Of a stretch of 64,000 nt of DNA, positions 19,643-28,840 are shown piece by piece; the first letter of the stretch is position 1; each line of letters starts with the position of its first letter. The stretch spans positions 416,001 to 480,000 of the forward strand of contig JAFATB010000014.1 in the NCBI GenBank assembly GCA_019244185.1, given 5' to 3'. Both the position numbers and the translations under genes were made by a program. This DNA comes from Acidobacteriota bacterium (GTDB lineage: Bacteria > Acidobacteriota > Thermoanaerobaculia > Gp7-AA8). The notes under the pieces are model-generated. The model did not search any database, was not told the origin of the DNA, and saw nothing but the letters and a program-made list of their open reading frames with translations.

Positions 19643-20452
19643 TCACGCGAGGCCGGTTTCGATCGCCGGCTCCGGCGCGATCGGCGGGCGGCGGTTCGGG
19701 AACGCGATCGACCAGAGCTTCGCCAACGGTCCGGAGACGAGATAGCCGACCGAGCCGGCGAACCAGAACTCGCGCGGCCACCAGTAGCCGAGCGCGCCGA
19801 TCGCCGCGAGCGCGAGGAAGTACATCAGCGACCGCTCCTTCTGCAGCGCGAGCCCTTTCTGGCTGCGGTAGCGGATCGGCGAGACCATCGCGAACGCGGT
19901 GGCGATCGTCACGAGCATGACGATCGTCGCGAAGCGGCGGTCCGTCACCGGCACCGGCGCGTAGAAGATCATCGACGCGAGCGTCAGCGCGCCCGCGGGA
20001 CTCGGCAGTCCGACGAAGTAGCGATAGTCGGTCTTGCCGGTCTGCACGTTGAAGCGCGCCAGGCGCAGCGACACCGCCGCCAGGAAGACGAAGGCGATGC
20101 CGCCGCCGAGCTTCTCGAAGACGTGCAGCGCCCACGCGTAGACGAGCACCGCCGGCGCGGCGCCGAAGGTGACGATGTCGGCGAGCGAGTCGTACTCCTT
20201 GCCGAACTCGCTGGTCGCGCCGAGCGAGCGCGCCACGAGTCCATCGAACGTGTCGAAGACGGCGGCGATGAGAAGCGAGAGGCACGCGGTCTCGAGAAAG
20301 TCGACGACGGCGGCGGTGTGCCCGAGGACGTCGGCTTCCATCGCGCGCGTGGCGTAGATGATTGCGCGGAAGCCGAAGAAGATGTTGAGGAGGGTGAGCG
20401 ACGTCGGGATGACGTAGATGCCGCGGCGAAAGTTCGGCCGCATCGGCTTCAC
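19643..20452 (-). CDS. pssA: CDP-diacylglycerol--serine O-phosphatidyltransferase
   Basis: DTFDGLVAR...SEFGKEYDSLADIVTFG CDP-alcohol motif, LRLARFN, FVGLPSP. Confidence 0.93.
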   Translation of the reverse strand: MKPMRPNFRRGIYVIPTSLTLLNIFFGFRAIIYATRAMEADVLGHTAAVVDFLETACLSLLIAAVFDTFDGLVARSLGATSEFGKEYDSLADIVTFGAAPAVLVYAWALHVFEKLGGGIAFVFLAAVSLRLARFNVQTGKTDYRYFVGLPSPAGALTLASMIFYAPVPVTDRRFATIVMLVTIATAFAMVSPIRYRSQKGLALQKERSLMYFLALAAIGALGYWWPREFWFAGSVGYLVSGPLAKLWSIAFPNRRPPIAPEPAIETGLA

Positions 20453-21087
20453 TCCGGGATCTCCGCGATGATGGTCAGCGCGACTTTCGGTTTGTCGCCG
20501 ACCTTCACCCGGATCTCCGCGTTTGGCGGGAGGAACACGTCGACGCGCGAGCCGAACTTGATCATGCCCACGCGTTCGCCGCGCGCGACCTCGTCGCCTT
20601 CTTTTTTGTCGAAGACGATGCGCCGCGCGAGGAGCCCCGCGATCTGCTTGAACGCCAGCGTCGCGCCGCGGCCGTCGGTCATCACGATGAGGTTCTGCTC
20701 GTTGTCGGTCGACGACTTGTGCGACATCGCCGGGATCTTCTTGCCCGCGCTGTAGCGGTAATGAACGATGCGGCCCGTGATCGGCGCGCGATTCACATGC
20801 ACGTCGAAAACGGACATAAAGATGCTGACCTGTTTCGTGAGGCCGGGCCAGATCTCGCCGTCGGGGATGTCTTTGATCAGGACGACCGTGCCGTCGGCGG
20901 GGGAGAGCACGTCGACGTGCCGCTCGGAGCCGGCGCGGTGCGGGTCACGGAAGAAGTTGATGAGGAACGCCGCGAGGAGTCCCAGGACGATCGCAGCGAC
21001 GTACCACTGCGTCAGCAGCGCCAGCGCCGCCAGGATGATTACCGGGATGATGAAGATCCATCCCTCGGGCGCAAATCGCAACCGCAT
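20449..21087 (-). CDS. psd: phosphatidylserine decarboxylase proenzyme
   Basis: FFRDP, SPADG, IFMSVFDVHVNRAP, QIAG, IKFGSRVD self-cleavage site. Confidence 0.93.
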   Translation of the reverse strand: MRLRFAPEGWIFIIPVIILAALALLTQWYVAAIVLGLLAAFLINFFRDPHRAGSERHVDVLSPADGTVVLIKDIPDGEIWPGLTKQVSIFMSVFDVHVNRAPITGRIVHYRYSAGKKIPAMSHKSSTDNEQNLIVMTDGRGATLAFKQIAGLLARRIVFDKKEGDEVARGERVGMIKFGSRVDVFLPPNAEIRVKVGDKPKVALTIIAEIPE

Positions 21088-21142
21088 CGCGCGGATGTTA
21101 TGCAAAGCGAGTTCCGTTGGGAAGCGGAATGCCTTGAAACAC

Positions 21143-21172
21143 GACGAGCCGCGAGAAGAATCGCGGCTCGTC
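21143..21172 (-). terminator. stem-loop downstream of the DUF465-like gene
   Basis: 12-bp perfect stem GACGAGCCGCGA/TCGCGGCTCGTC with a 6-nt loop; only a weak U-tract on minus. Confidence 0.55.
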
Positions 21173-21233
21173 TGGCGGATGTCAGGTTGTGACTGCGGAT
21201 GTGATGGCGGGGCCGGCGCGTGCCGCGCGGGTC

Positions 21234-21473
21234 TTACGCGACCGCGTGCTGGCCGGCTTCGTACGAGCGCATGCGCTCGGCCATCTGGTCCTTCAGGTGG
21301 AGCTTCCGCTTCTTCAAATGTTTCTCTTCGATCTCTTCGTCGTTCGTGATGTCGCTCTTGGTCGTCAGCTCGTGCAGCCGGTGCTCGCATTGGCGATGCT
21401 CTTCGGCCCACTGCCGGAACTCGGGATCCTGATCGGCGAGAATGTTTTGAATGTCAGCGGTCTGATTCGACAT
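21234..21473 (-). CDS. DUF465/YdcH-like small coiled-coil protein
   Basis: DPEFRQ..EEH...LKKRKLHLKDQM; SD AAGGAGGAG. Confidence 0.82.
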   Translation of the reverse strand: MSNQTADIQNILADQDPEFRQWAEEHRQCEHRLHELTTKSDITNDEEIEEKHLKKRKLHLKDQMAERMRSYEAGQHAVA

Positions 21474-21601
21474 CGATGGTCTCCTCCTTCGAAGTTCCAA
21501 TCCGCGAGCAGAATTTTAGCACTCCGCTTGCCAACCGGCGGCGGTTTCGGGCGCGCGTTCAAGTTGTGATGCGTCAGTGACTTGCCCTATGATCCGCGCC
21601 G

Positions 21602-23098
21602 ATGCCGCGCGCTGCCGCGATCGCTCTGGCGATCGTCGTCGTCTCTGTCTTTCTCTCGCCGCTGCAGCGCGAGCTGTACGTCGGCGACGAGACGAAGTAC
21701 ACGGAAGTCGTGCGCGAGATGCGCGCGGGCTCGTTCTTTCTGCCGACGCTGAACGGCACGCCGTTCACGCACAAGCCGCCGCTGCATTTCTGGCTCGTCG
21801 ATCTGCTCACCTATCCGTTCGGCGTCTACTCGATCTGGCCGTTCGTGCTGCCGTCGCTCGCCGCATTCGTGCTGCTGCTCTGGCTGATGCATCGGATGGC
21901 GGGACCGCTCGCCGCGTTCGTCTGTGGGACGTCGCTGATGTTATGGGGCTCGGCGCAGACCGCGCGCATGGACGTGAGCTTCACGGCGCTCCTCGCGCTC
22001 GCGGCGTGGATGGTGGAGCGTTTCTTCGCCGGCGAACGACGCGCGCTGCTGATTGCCGCGATTGCGACCGGGCTCGCGTTTCTGGTGAAAGGTCCGATGG
22101 CACCCGTGATCGTGATCGCACTGTTTGCGTTCGAAGCGCTGCGCCGCCGCGGCGCGCCGCGCGGCAACTACGCGCTCGCCGTCGCGATCATATTGGTCAT
22201 TCCGCTGCTGTGGCTCGTGCCCGCGGTGATGATCGGCGGCGAGCCGTTCTGGCGCGAGATCTTCTACAAGCAGACCGTCGGCCGCGCCGTCGGCGCATGG
22301 GTGCACCGTTCGCCGCCGTGGTTCTACATCGTGCGCGCGCCGGCGACGCTCGCGCCGTGGTTCTTTCTGCTGATCGCGTCGATCGTGGCCATTTACAAAC
22401 GCCGCGACGAGCGGGGGAAGTTCGCCGTGAGCTGGATCCTCGCCGTGCTCGTGCCGTACACGGTGCTCTCGTCGAAGCTCGACGTCTACATGATCGCCAT
22501 GCTGCCCGCGGTGGCGCTGGCGATCGCGCGCGGCGCGGAGGAGCTGTGGGGCAAGCGCGCGAATCTCGTGATGCTCGGCGTGTTCGCGCTGGCGGGGATC
22601 GCCGGCTTCGTCGTGCACGGGAAAGGCCCGGACGGCGCGCTCCTGGCGCTGCCGCGCGTGCGCGTGCTCTTCGCGTTGCTCGTGTTGCTTTCATTCGCGG
22701 CGATCGTCGTGACGCTGCGCTCGACGCTGACGATGTCGACGTTCGCCACGGGACTCGTGCCGGTGCTCGCGTTCGCGTACGCGGCCGTCGCGCTGACGCC
22801 GCTCGCGAACGACCTCGCGTCGACGCGGCCGCTCGTCAATGCCCTGCTGCGCGCGCATGTGGCACCCGAGGATGCGGCGCTGTACGTTTGTCCGCATTTG
22901 TGGGTGCGGGACATGCCGCCGGCGCTCGCACGTGCGAGACAGGTCGACACGGACGATCTGCGCGCGCTGCATCCGCCGCCGCGGCTGATCGTCGCGCGCC
23001 GCAAAGATGCGGACGCGATCGCGGACGTGCTGCGCGGCTATCACAAGGTCGACGAGCTGCGGATGATCGGAAAGTGGTTCGACGTCTATGAGCGCTGA
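21602..23098 (+). CDS. ArnT/PMT-like GT-C glycosyltransferase
   Basis: DETKYTEVVREM, PTLNG.PF..KPPL.FW, ARMD, LVKGP, H..PPWFY; many TM helices. Confidence 0.88.
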   Translation: MPRAAAIALAIVVVSVFLSPLQRELYVGDETKYTEVVREMRAGSFFLPTLNGTPFTHKPPLHFWLVDLLTYPFGVYSIWPFVLPSLAAFVLLLWLMHRMAGPLAAFVCGTSLMLWGSAQTARMDVSFTALLALAAWMVERFFAGERRALLIAAIATGLAFLVKGPMAPVIVIALFAFEALRRRGAPRGNYALAVAIILVIPLLWLVPAVMIGGEPFWREIFYKQTVGRAVGAWVHRSPPWFYIVRAPATLAPWFFLLIASIVAIYKRRDERGKFAVSWILAVLVPYTVLSSKLDVYMIAMLPAVALAIARGAEELWGKRANLVMLGVFALAGIAGFVVHGKGPDGALLALPRVRVLFALLVLLSFAAIVVTLRSTLTMSTFATGLVPVLAFAYAAVALTPLANDLASTRPLVNALLRAHVAPEDAALYVCPHLWVRDMPPALARARQVDTDDLRALHPPPRLIVARRKDADAIADVLRGYHKVDELRMIGKWFDVYER

Positions 23099-23990
23099 TC
23101 CGCTGGCGCGCAAACGCCGCCTCGCCGCCGCCGCGTTCGTCGCGCTGCTCGTGCTGTCCGTGTTCTGGCCGTCGCCCGTCGTCTCCGTGAACCGCCTCTG
23201 GTTCGGCGCTCCGCTCCCCGTCGACGAGCTCTCGTTCCTCGGCCGCGAGGCGCCGTCATGGGACATCGCGTTCTGGTGCATCGCCGGACTGCTGCTGCTC
23301 GCCATCGTGCAAACCAGTGACGCCGCCGCCGACGCGCGCGAGCCGCTCACGCAAGTGCGCGCGCTCCGCTTCGATCGCGCGCTCATCGGCCGCGCCTGCA
23401 TCGGACTCGCGCTCGGCGCCATCGCCACGCTGCTCGTCTGGCGCTTCGCCGACGCCGCGGGCCTGGCGTGCGCGGAAGGCGTGCAGTCCGACTGGAGCGA
23501 GGCCTTCGTCCGCATCCTCAACCGCCTCGGCGGCGGCATGAACCCCGTGCTCGTCGTCGCCTTTTTCCTCGTCGCCGGTACGGCGTATCGCGAGCGCCGC
23601 TGGGTCGCGCACGCCATCGCCATGGCCCTCGCCGGACTCGCCGCCGGCACGCTCGCCCAGATCATCAAACCCCTCGCCGGCCGCGCCCGCCCCGAGCTCT
23701 GGCTCGGTCCCGCCCACTACACTCCCGGCGCCTCGACGTCGTTCCCGAGCGGCCACACCGTCGGAGCATTCGCATTGGGTGGCGTGCTCGTCTTCGCCTC
23801 GCGCAACATCCCGCTGCGCGTGATCGCGCTCGTGCTCGCCGCGGCCATCGCGCTCTCGCGCGTGCTCGCGTTCCGACATTGGCCGTCGGACGTGACCGCG
23901 TCCGCGGCGATCGGGCTGGTGAGCGCGTGGGTGGCGACGCGCGTATCATTTCCGCGTGCAGAAGTTGAAGGAACGCCCCGCGACGTATGA
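23088..23990 (+). CDS. PAP2 family membrane phosphatase
   Basis: KPLAGRARP, SFPSGH and SRVLAFRHWPSDV motifs. Confidence 0.9.
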   Translation: MSADPLARKRRLAAAAFVALLVLSVFWPSPVVSVNRLWFGAPLPVDELSFLGREAPSWDIAFWCIAGLLLLAIVQTSDAAADAREPLTQVRALRFDRALIGRACIGLALGAIATLLVWRFADAAGLACAEGVQSDWSEAFVRILNRLGGGMNPVLVVAFFLVAGTAYRERRWVAHAIAMALAGLAAGTLAQIIKPLAGRARPELWLGPAHYTPGASTSFPSGHTVGAFALGGVLVFASRNIPLRVIALVLAAAIALSRVLAFRHWPSDVTASAAIGLVSAWVATRVSFPRAEVEGTPRDV

Positions 23991-24540
23991 GGACCTGCTG
24001 AAGGTCCCGGAGCATCTCGTCGCGGAGATCGTGGAAGGGGAGTTGTACACGTGGCCGCGCCCGCGGCGGCGGCACGAACGTGCGGCTGGCGCGCTTTATC
24101 GCCGCATTGGTGACGCGTATGACGACGGCAACGGTGGCCCCGGCGGTTGGTGGATTGCGGGCGAGCCGGAGCTACATCTCGGGACCGAGATCGTAGTTCC
24201 CGATGTCGCGGGCTGGCGCCGCGAGCGGATCGCGGCGCACGAGGATTTCGCCGCGTACGACATTGCGCCCGACTGGATTTGCGAAGTGATCTCGCCATCC
24301 ACCGGCCGGCACGACCGCGTGCGGAAGCTTCCGCTGTACGCGCGCGAGGGAGTGCCGCACGCGTGGCTCGTCGATCCCGCACTCCAGACGTTGGAGGTCT
24401 ATCGACGCGAGGGAACCAGCTGGCATTTGGCTGCGGCGTTCGGCGGCGAAGACCTAGTGCGCGCGGAGCCGTTCGAAGAGCTCGAGTTTCGGCTCGCAGA
24501 CCTCTGGCTCGCGGAACCTCCCTCCGCAAATCCCGCCTAA
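23956..24540 (+). CDS. Uma2/DUF820 family putative endonuclease
   Basis: ATYEDL, EIVEGEL, EPELHLG, VPDVAGW, PDWICEVISPST, WLVDP. Confidence 0.92.
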   Translation: MQKLKERPATYEDLLKVPEHLVAEIVEGELYTWPRPRRRHERAAGALYRRIGDAYDDGNGGPGGWWIAGEPELHLGTEIVVPDVAGWRRERIAAHEDFAAYDIAPDWICEVISPSTGRHDRVRKLPLYAREGVPHAWLVDPALQTLEVYRREGTSWHLAAAFGGEDLVRAEPFEELEFRLADLWLAEPPSANPA

Positions 24541-26456
24541 CGCCCCCGCTTTGGCGGCTTCCCTTTCGGCGTGAACGGCCGCGCTCCGCGCGGACCTCGC
24601 GTGCCGCGGGCGTCGCGTGAATCGCGAGTGTCGCGCGTATCGCGCTCGTATCGCGGCCGCCCGAACACTTCCTTCGGGCCGAACGGCGCGCGCCGTTCGC
24701 GGGAGTCGGGACGCGTGTCGCGCGACGCCGGCCGCGCGTCGCGGCGCGGCGTGAACTCGCGCGGCGCGTATGGTTCGCGCGCATCGCGGCGCGGAGCGGC
24801 GCGATGCGGTTCCCGATGCGGTTCCCGGCGCGACGGGGCGGTGGGCGGGGGGACGCGTTCGGCGCGTTTGAAATTGACGGCGCGGCCGCGGAATCTCGCC
24901 TTGCCCACGCTCGCGATGACCTGCTCGACGAAGCGTTCGGGGATGCCGACGTAGGTGATCTCGTCGCGAATGTCGATCGGACCGATGTCGCGGCCGGGGA
25001 TGTTGGCCTCGTTCGCGATCGAGCCGACGACGTCGGCGGGGCGGATGCCTTCGCGCTTGCCGACCGACATCTGCAACGTCACGGTGCGATCGTCTTCCGC
25101 CGCAATTTCAGCTGATGGCGTTGCGGCCGTCGCGCGCGGCGGCTCCGGCTCGACGGCGAGCTTGCGTCCGCTGCTCGCGATCTTCGCCGCGGCGGCGGCG
25201 ATCTCGGCGATGTCGAACTGCCCTTCGTCGACGAGCTGTTCGACGAGGCTCAGGTACAGATCGAGATCGCCTTCGCCGATGGTCTTGCGGATGTTGTCCT
25301 TGAACTGCGCGACGCGGTGCGCGGCGATGTCGGCGCGCGTCGGCATCTTCATCGGCTTGATCGGCGTGTTCGTGTAGCGCTCGATCTCGCGCATCATGCG
25401 GCGCTCGCGCGGTGTGATGAAGAGCGTCGCCACGCCGCTGCGCCCTGCGCGTCCGGTGCGGCCGATGCGATGCACGTACGCCTCGACGTCGTACGGGATG
25501 TCGTAGTTGACGACGTGCGTGATCTGCTCGACGTCGAGCCCGCGCGCGGCGACGTCCGTCGCCACGACGATGTCCACCTGTCCCGCGCGCAGGCGGCGAA
25601 TCACGCTCTCGCGCAGCGGCTGGGTCATGTCGCCGTGCATCGCCACCGCCGCGAAACCTCGCGCCTCGAGCTTCTCCGCGAGCTCCGCGGAGCCGGTCTT
25701 CGTGCGCCGGAAAATGAGCGTCGCATCGTTCGGCTCGAGCTCGAGGATCTGCGTCAGCACCTCGAGCTTCTGACCTTCGGAGACATTGAGGAACCGCTGC
25801 TCGATCGCGGGAGCGGTCAGCGCGCGATGTTCGATCTCGACGCGCGCGGGATCGACTAGGTAGCGCTGCGCGATGCGCAGCACTTCCGCCGGCATCGTCG
25901 CGGAGAAGAGCGCCGTCTGCCGCGGCTGCGGCGCGCCGGAAAGAATCCGCTCGATGTCGTCGATGAAGCCCATCTTCAGCATCTCGTCGGCTTCGTCGAG
26001 GACGATCAGCTTCACCGCGTCGAGTTTCAGGCTGCCGCGGTCGAGATGATCGATGAGACGGCCCGGCGTGCCGACGACGATCTGCGCGCCGCGGTCGAGA
26101 CGCTTGAGCTGCGGCACGATCGGCGCGCCGCCGTAGACCGGCAGCACGTGCACGTCCGTGAGCTTCTGCGCGTACGAATGCACGGCTTCCGCGACCTGCA
26201 TCGCCAGCTCGCGCGTCGGCGCGAGGACGAGCGCCTGCGTCGCGCGCGAAGTGAGATCGATGCGTTGCAGGATCGGCAGCGCGAACGCGGCGGTCTTTCC
26301 CGTGCCGGTCTGCGCCTGGCCGATGAGATCGCGCCCTTCGAGCAGCACGGGGATCGTGCGCTCCTGAATGGGCGTAGGCGCCTCGTATCCGAGGTGGGTG
26401 AGGGCGGCGACGAGCTCGTCGCGAAGGCCGAGGGCGGTGAAGGCTGCGTTGCTCAT
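24537..26456 (-). CDS. deaD: DEAD-box RNA helicase DeaD/CsdA with DbpA-type RNA-binding domain
   Basis: AQTGTGKT, PTRELA, TPGR, DEAD, SAT, ARGLD, HRIGRTGRAG; GKREGIRPADVVG domain; Arg-rich tail. Confidence 0.93.
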   Translation of the reverse strand: MSNAAFTALGLRDELVAALTHLGYEAPTPIQERTIPVLLEGRDLIGQAQTGTGKTAAFALPILQRIDLTSRATQALVLAPTRELAMQVAEAVHSYAQKLTDVHVLPVYGGAPIVPQLKRLDRGAQIVVGTPGRLIDHLDRGSLKLDAVKLIVLDEADEMLKMGFIDDIERILSGAPQPRQTALFSATMPAEVLRIAQRYLVDPARVEIEHRALTAPAIEQRFLNVSEGQKLEVLTQILELEPNDATLIFRRTKTGSAELAEKLEARGFAAVAMHGDMTQPLRESVIRRLRAGQVDIVVATDVAARGLDVEQITHVVNYDIPYDVEAYVHRIGRTGRAGRSGVATLFITPRERRMMREIERYTNTPIKPMKMPTRADIAAHRVAQFKDNIRKTIGEGDLDLYLSLVEQLVDEGQFDIAEIAAAAAKIASSGRKLAVEPEPPRATAATPSAEIAAEDDRTVTLQMSVGKREGIRPADVVGSIANEANIPGRDIGPIDIRDEITYVGIPERFVEQVIASVGKARFRGRAVNFKRAERVPPPTAPSRREPHREPHRAAPRRDAREPYAPREFTPRRDARPASRDTRPDSRERRAPFGPKEVFGRPRYERDTRDTRDSRDARGTRGPRGARPFTPKGKPPKRGR

Positions 26457-26495
26457 ACGATGGAGGCGGTCCGTGCAGGCGCGATACCTGAATTC

Positions 26496-27296
26496 ATGCG
26501 ACGCCTCGTTCTCCTCTTCGCTCTCGCTCTCCCGCTCGCGGCGCAGGACAGCGCGCTGTTTCCGCGCTTCAGTATCACTGGAGCGGTCTCGCCGTCGAAT
26601 TTCACCACCACCGCGCGCATCGATCCCGACGCCTCCAATGCCGAAGGGACGCGCGTCGGCTTCGAGCGAGACCTCGGGCTCGAACGCTCGCACACGCTGC
26701 AGCGCTACGCCGTCGAATGGCGTCCGTTCCGCCGTCACGAGCTCGCGGCGACGTACTTTTCCGCGCCGCGCAGCGGCCTGCAGCAGATCGACCGCGACAT
26801 CATCTTTCGCAACCAGACCTATCCGGTCAGCGCGCTCGTCGGCACGCAGTTCGATCTGACGTCCGCGAGTCTCACGTACACGTATTGGGCGCGGCGCTCC
26901 GACCGCGATGGTCTCGGCATCACCCTCGGCGCCTCGACGCTCTCGCTCGACGCGAGCGTCACGGCGACGCAGGCCGGCAGCTCGATCACGATCCAGCAGA
27001 CCGCCGACACCGACGTCCCCGTCGCGCTCGCGGGACTGCAGGGACGCGTCGCGTTCACGCCGTCGCTCCTCGGCGAGGCGAGCGTCGCCACGCTGCCGCG
27101 CGTCACGATCTCCGACTACACCGGCCACGCGCTCACGGCCGATGCGCGGCTCGAGTTCCGCGCGCTGCGCTGGCTCGGCATCGGCGCCGCGTATCACTAC
27201 TTTCATCTGAACGTCGACGTCGCGCAGACGACGCTCAGCGGCACGCTCGACATGAAGATCCGCGGACCGGAAGGCTACGTGCGGCTGGCGTTCTGA
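26496..27296 (+). CDS. outer-membrane beta-barrel protein
   Basis: signal peptide, alternating beta strands, terminal GYVRLAF. Confidence 0.75.
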   Translation: MRRLVLLFALALPLAAQDSALFPRFSITGAVSPSNFTTTARIDPDASNAEGTRVGFERDLGLERSHTLQRYAVEWRPFRRHELAATYFSAPRSGLQQIDRDIIFRNQTYPVSALVGTQFDLTSASLTYTYWARRSDRDGLGITLGASTLSLDASVTATQAGSSITIQQTADTDVPVALAGLQGRVAFTPSLLGEASVATLPRVTISDYTGHALTADARLEFRALRWLGIGAAYHYFHLNVDVAQTTLSGTLDMKIRGPEGYVRLAF

Positions 27297-27328
27297 CGCG
27301 CGGCGAGCGCCGCTATACTGCCGGAACG

Positions 27329-28084
27329 ATGGATCGGTTCCCGTCGGAATTCGAAGCGCTGCTCAACCGCAAAGGCCGCCGCGTGCTCGCGGACGCGCCG
27401 CAACTCGAGGACCTGATCGCGAAGCGCCGCACGCCGATCGTCTTCTTCGACGACATCATCGACCGCGGCGTCGTCGACGACTGCATCCGCCTGCTCGACG
27501 ACGCGCTCTATCCGTGCCTGCGGCGCATGCACACGCCGATTCCGCGTGAGTCGCTGACGGGGATGACGGCGAACTACTCGGAAGCGCTCGCGAAGACCGT
27601 GCGCGTGCGCACCGCGACATTCAACTCGCGCGCGTCGCAAGCGCTCGCCGCCGCGCGCGAGAGCGGCCTGTACGACATGATGACCTCCGCGAGCTTCCGC
27701 CGCTTCGCTCAGGCCGTCACCGGCTCGCATCTGCGCGAGGACTTCTGGGGCCGCCAGGTGATCTGCTACGAGTCGGGCGACTACAGCGGGCCGCACAACG
27801 ATCACCATCCCGAGCGGGCCGAGGCGCGCAACGGGTTCATCGACTTCCACGTGATGTTCTCGAACGCCGCGGTGGCGAATCAGCTGCTCGTGTACGAAGA
27901 ACGCGGCTTCCTCTCGTCCGCGCGCGACGTCTCGTGCCGCTCCGCGATCGCGATCTACCGCCTGCCGTTCTGGCATTACACGACGCCGCTCGTCGCGCGG
28001 GCGGGACGCGAGTCGGAAGCGCGGCGCTGGCTGCTCCTCGGCTCGTTCGACTACGACCCGCCGCTCGACACGCTCGCGTACTGA
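27329..28084 (+). CDS. putative 2OG-Fe(II) oxygenase-fold protein
   Basis: Y..GDY.GPHND (HxD), distal WHYTTP (His) and RRWLL (Arg). Confidence 0.6.
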   Translation: MDRFPSEFEALLNRKGRRVLADAPQLEDLIAKRRTPIVFFDDIIDRGVVDDCIRLLDDALYPCLRRMHTPIPRESLTGMTANYSEALAKTVRVRTATFNSRASQALAAARESGLYDMMTSASFRRFAQAVTGSHLREDFWGRQVICYESGDYSGPHNDHHPERAEARNGFIDFHVMFSNAAVANQLLVYEERGFLSSARDVSCRSAIAIYRLPFWHYTTPLVARAGRESEARRWLLLGSFDYDPPLDTLAY

Positions 28085-28119
28085 CGCGCTCCCTCGCGCG
28101 TGGCGCGAGGGAGCGCGTC
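28083..28119. terminator. 17-bp stem hairpin between convergent genes
   Basis: GACGCGCTCCCTCGCGC-GTG-GCGCGAGGGAGCGCGTC. Confidence 0.65.
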
Positions 28120-28132
28120 GTCTTCGCGCGCA

Positions 28133-28744
28133 TTACGGAGTTGCGACCGGCGGCGGCACGACGAGACCGCTCGTGCGCAGCGCCCACGCGTTGCTCACGT
28201 ACGTCGTCCAATGGATGCCGTTGTAGCGGGCGTTCACCTTCGCCGCGGCAACGGAAACGTCGACCGGATGAATCGTCTGCGCCGGCACCTGCATCGATTC
28301 GACCGTGAGCGTCGCCGGCACTTCCGCCGCGACCTTGCCGCCGGTGTCGATGATCTGCAGGCGTCCGTCGACGTCGCCGGGCGCGCGCGGATCGGCGAAG
28401 GCGCGCAGGCTGTAGTAGCCGGCGGGGAACGACTGTCCCGGCGAGTCGACGTAGGCGACGCCGAGGTTCACGCCGCGGCTGAAGTCCGCGGGCGCGACCT
28501 TCTCCAGGCCCGCGGCGGGCGCGGTGTAGAACGCGGCGCCCCACTGCGCGTAATGCACCATGGGCGTGGTCTGCAGCGGGACGCCGAGGCGGTTCGCCTC
28601 GTCGCGGAGCATCTGCTCGGTTTCGCTCGTCCACTGCCTGGTGGCGTCGGCGATCGTGCGCGGCGCCGCGGTTCTGGAGCAACTGCAGCCGGTCAGGGCC
28701 GCAACGGTGAGGGTGAGGAACGCAATCAGGATGGGCTTACGCAT
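28133..28744 (-). CDS. hypothetical lipoprotein
   Basis: MRK + hydrophobic core + lipobox LTGC; SD AGAGGAG. Confidence 0.7.
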   Translation of the reverse strand: MRKPILIAFLTLTVAALTGCSCSRTAAPRTIADATRQWTSETEQMLRDEANRLGVPLQTTPMVHYAQWGAAFYTAPAAGLEKVAPADFSRGVNLGVAYVDSPGQSFPAGYYSLRAFADPRAPGDVDGRLQIIDTGGKVAAEVPATLTVESMQVPAQTIHPVDVSVAAAKVNARYNGIHWTTYVSNAWALRTSGLVVPPPVATP

Positions 28745-28840
28745 GGCATGTTCTCCTCTTTCGGTTTTAGGACTTAATAACGTCCATACGCCCAATAGTG
28801 CAGTCATCCTGCGAAACGTTTCAGCGCGTACCATGAGCCC

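Noticed and set aside
21516-21542. TTAGCACTC, a CIRCE half-site
   Set aside because: The second arm GAGTGCTAA is absent 9 nt downstream and no chaperone gene is adjacent
23956-24540. Uma2 nuclease as a defence system or mobile element
   Set aside because: Solitary gene of a commonly expanded family, with no partner genes or flanking repeats
24537-24860. Arg/Asp/Pro-rich repetitive tail of DeaD
   Set aside because: Disordered basic tails are ordinary for DeaD/CsdA helicases
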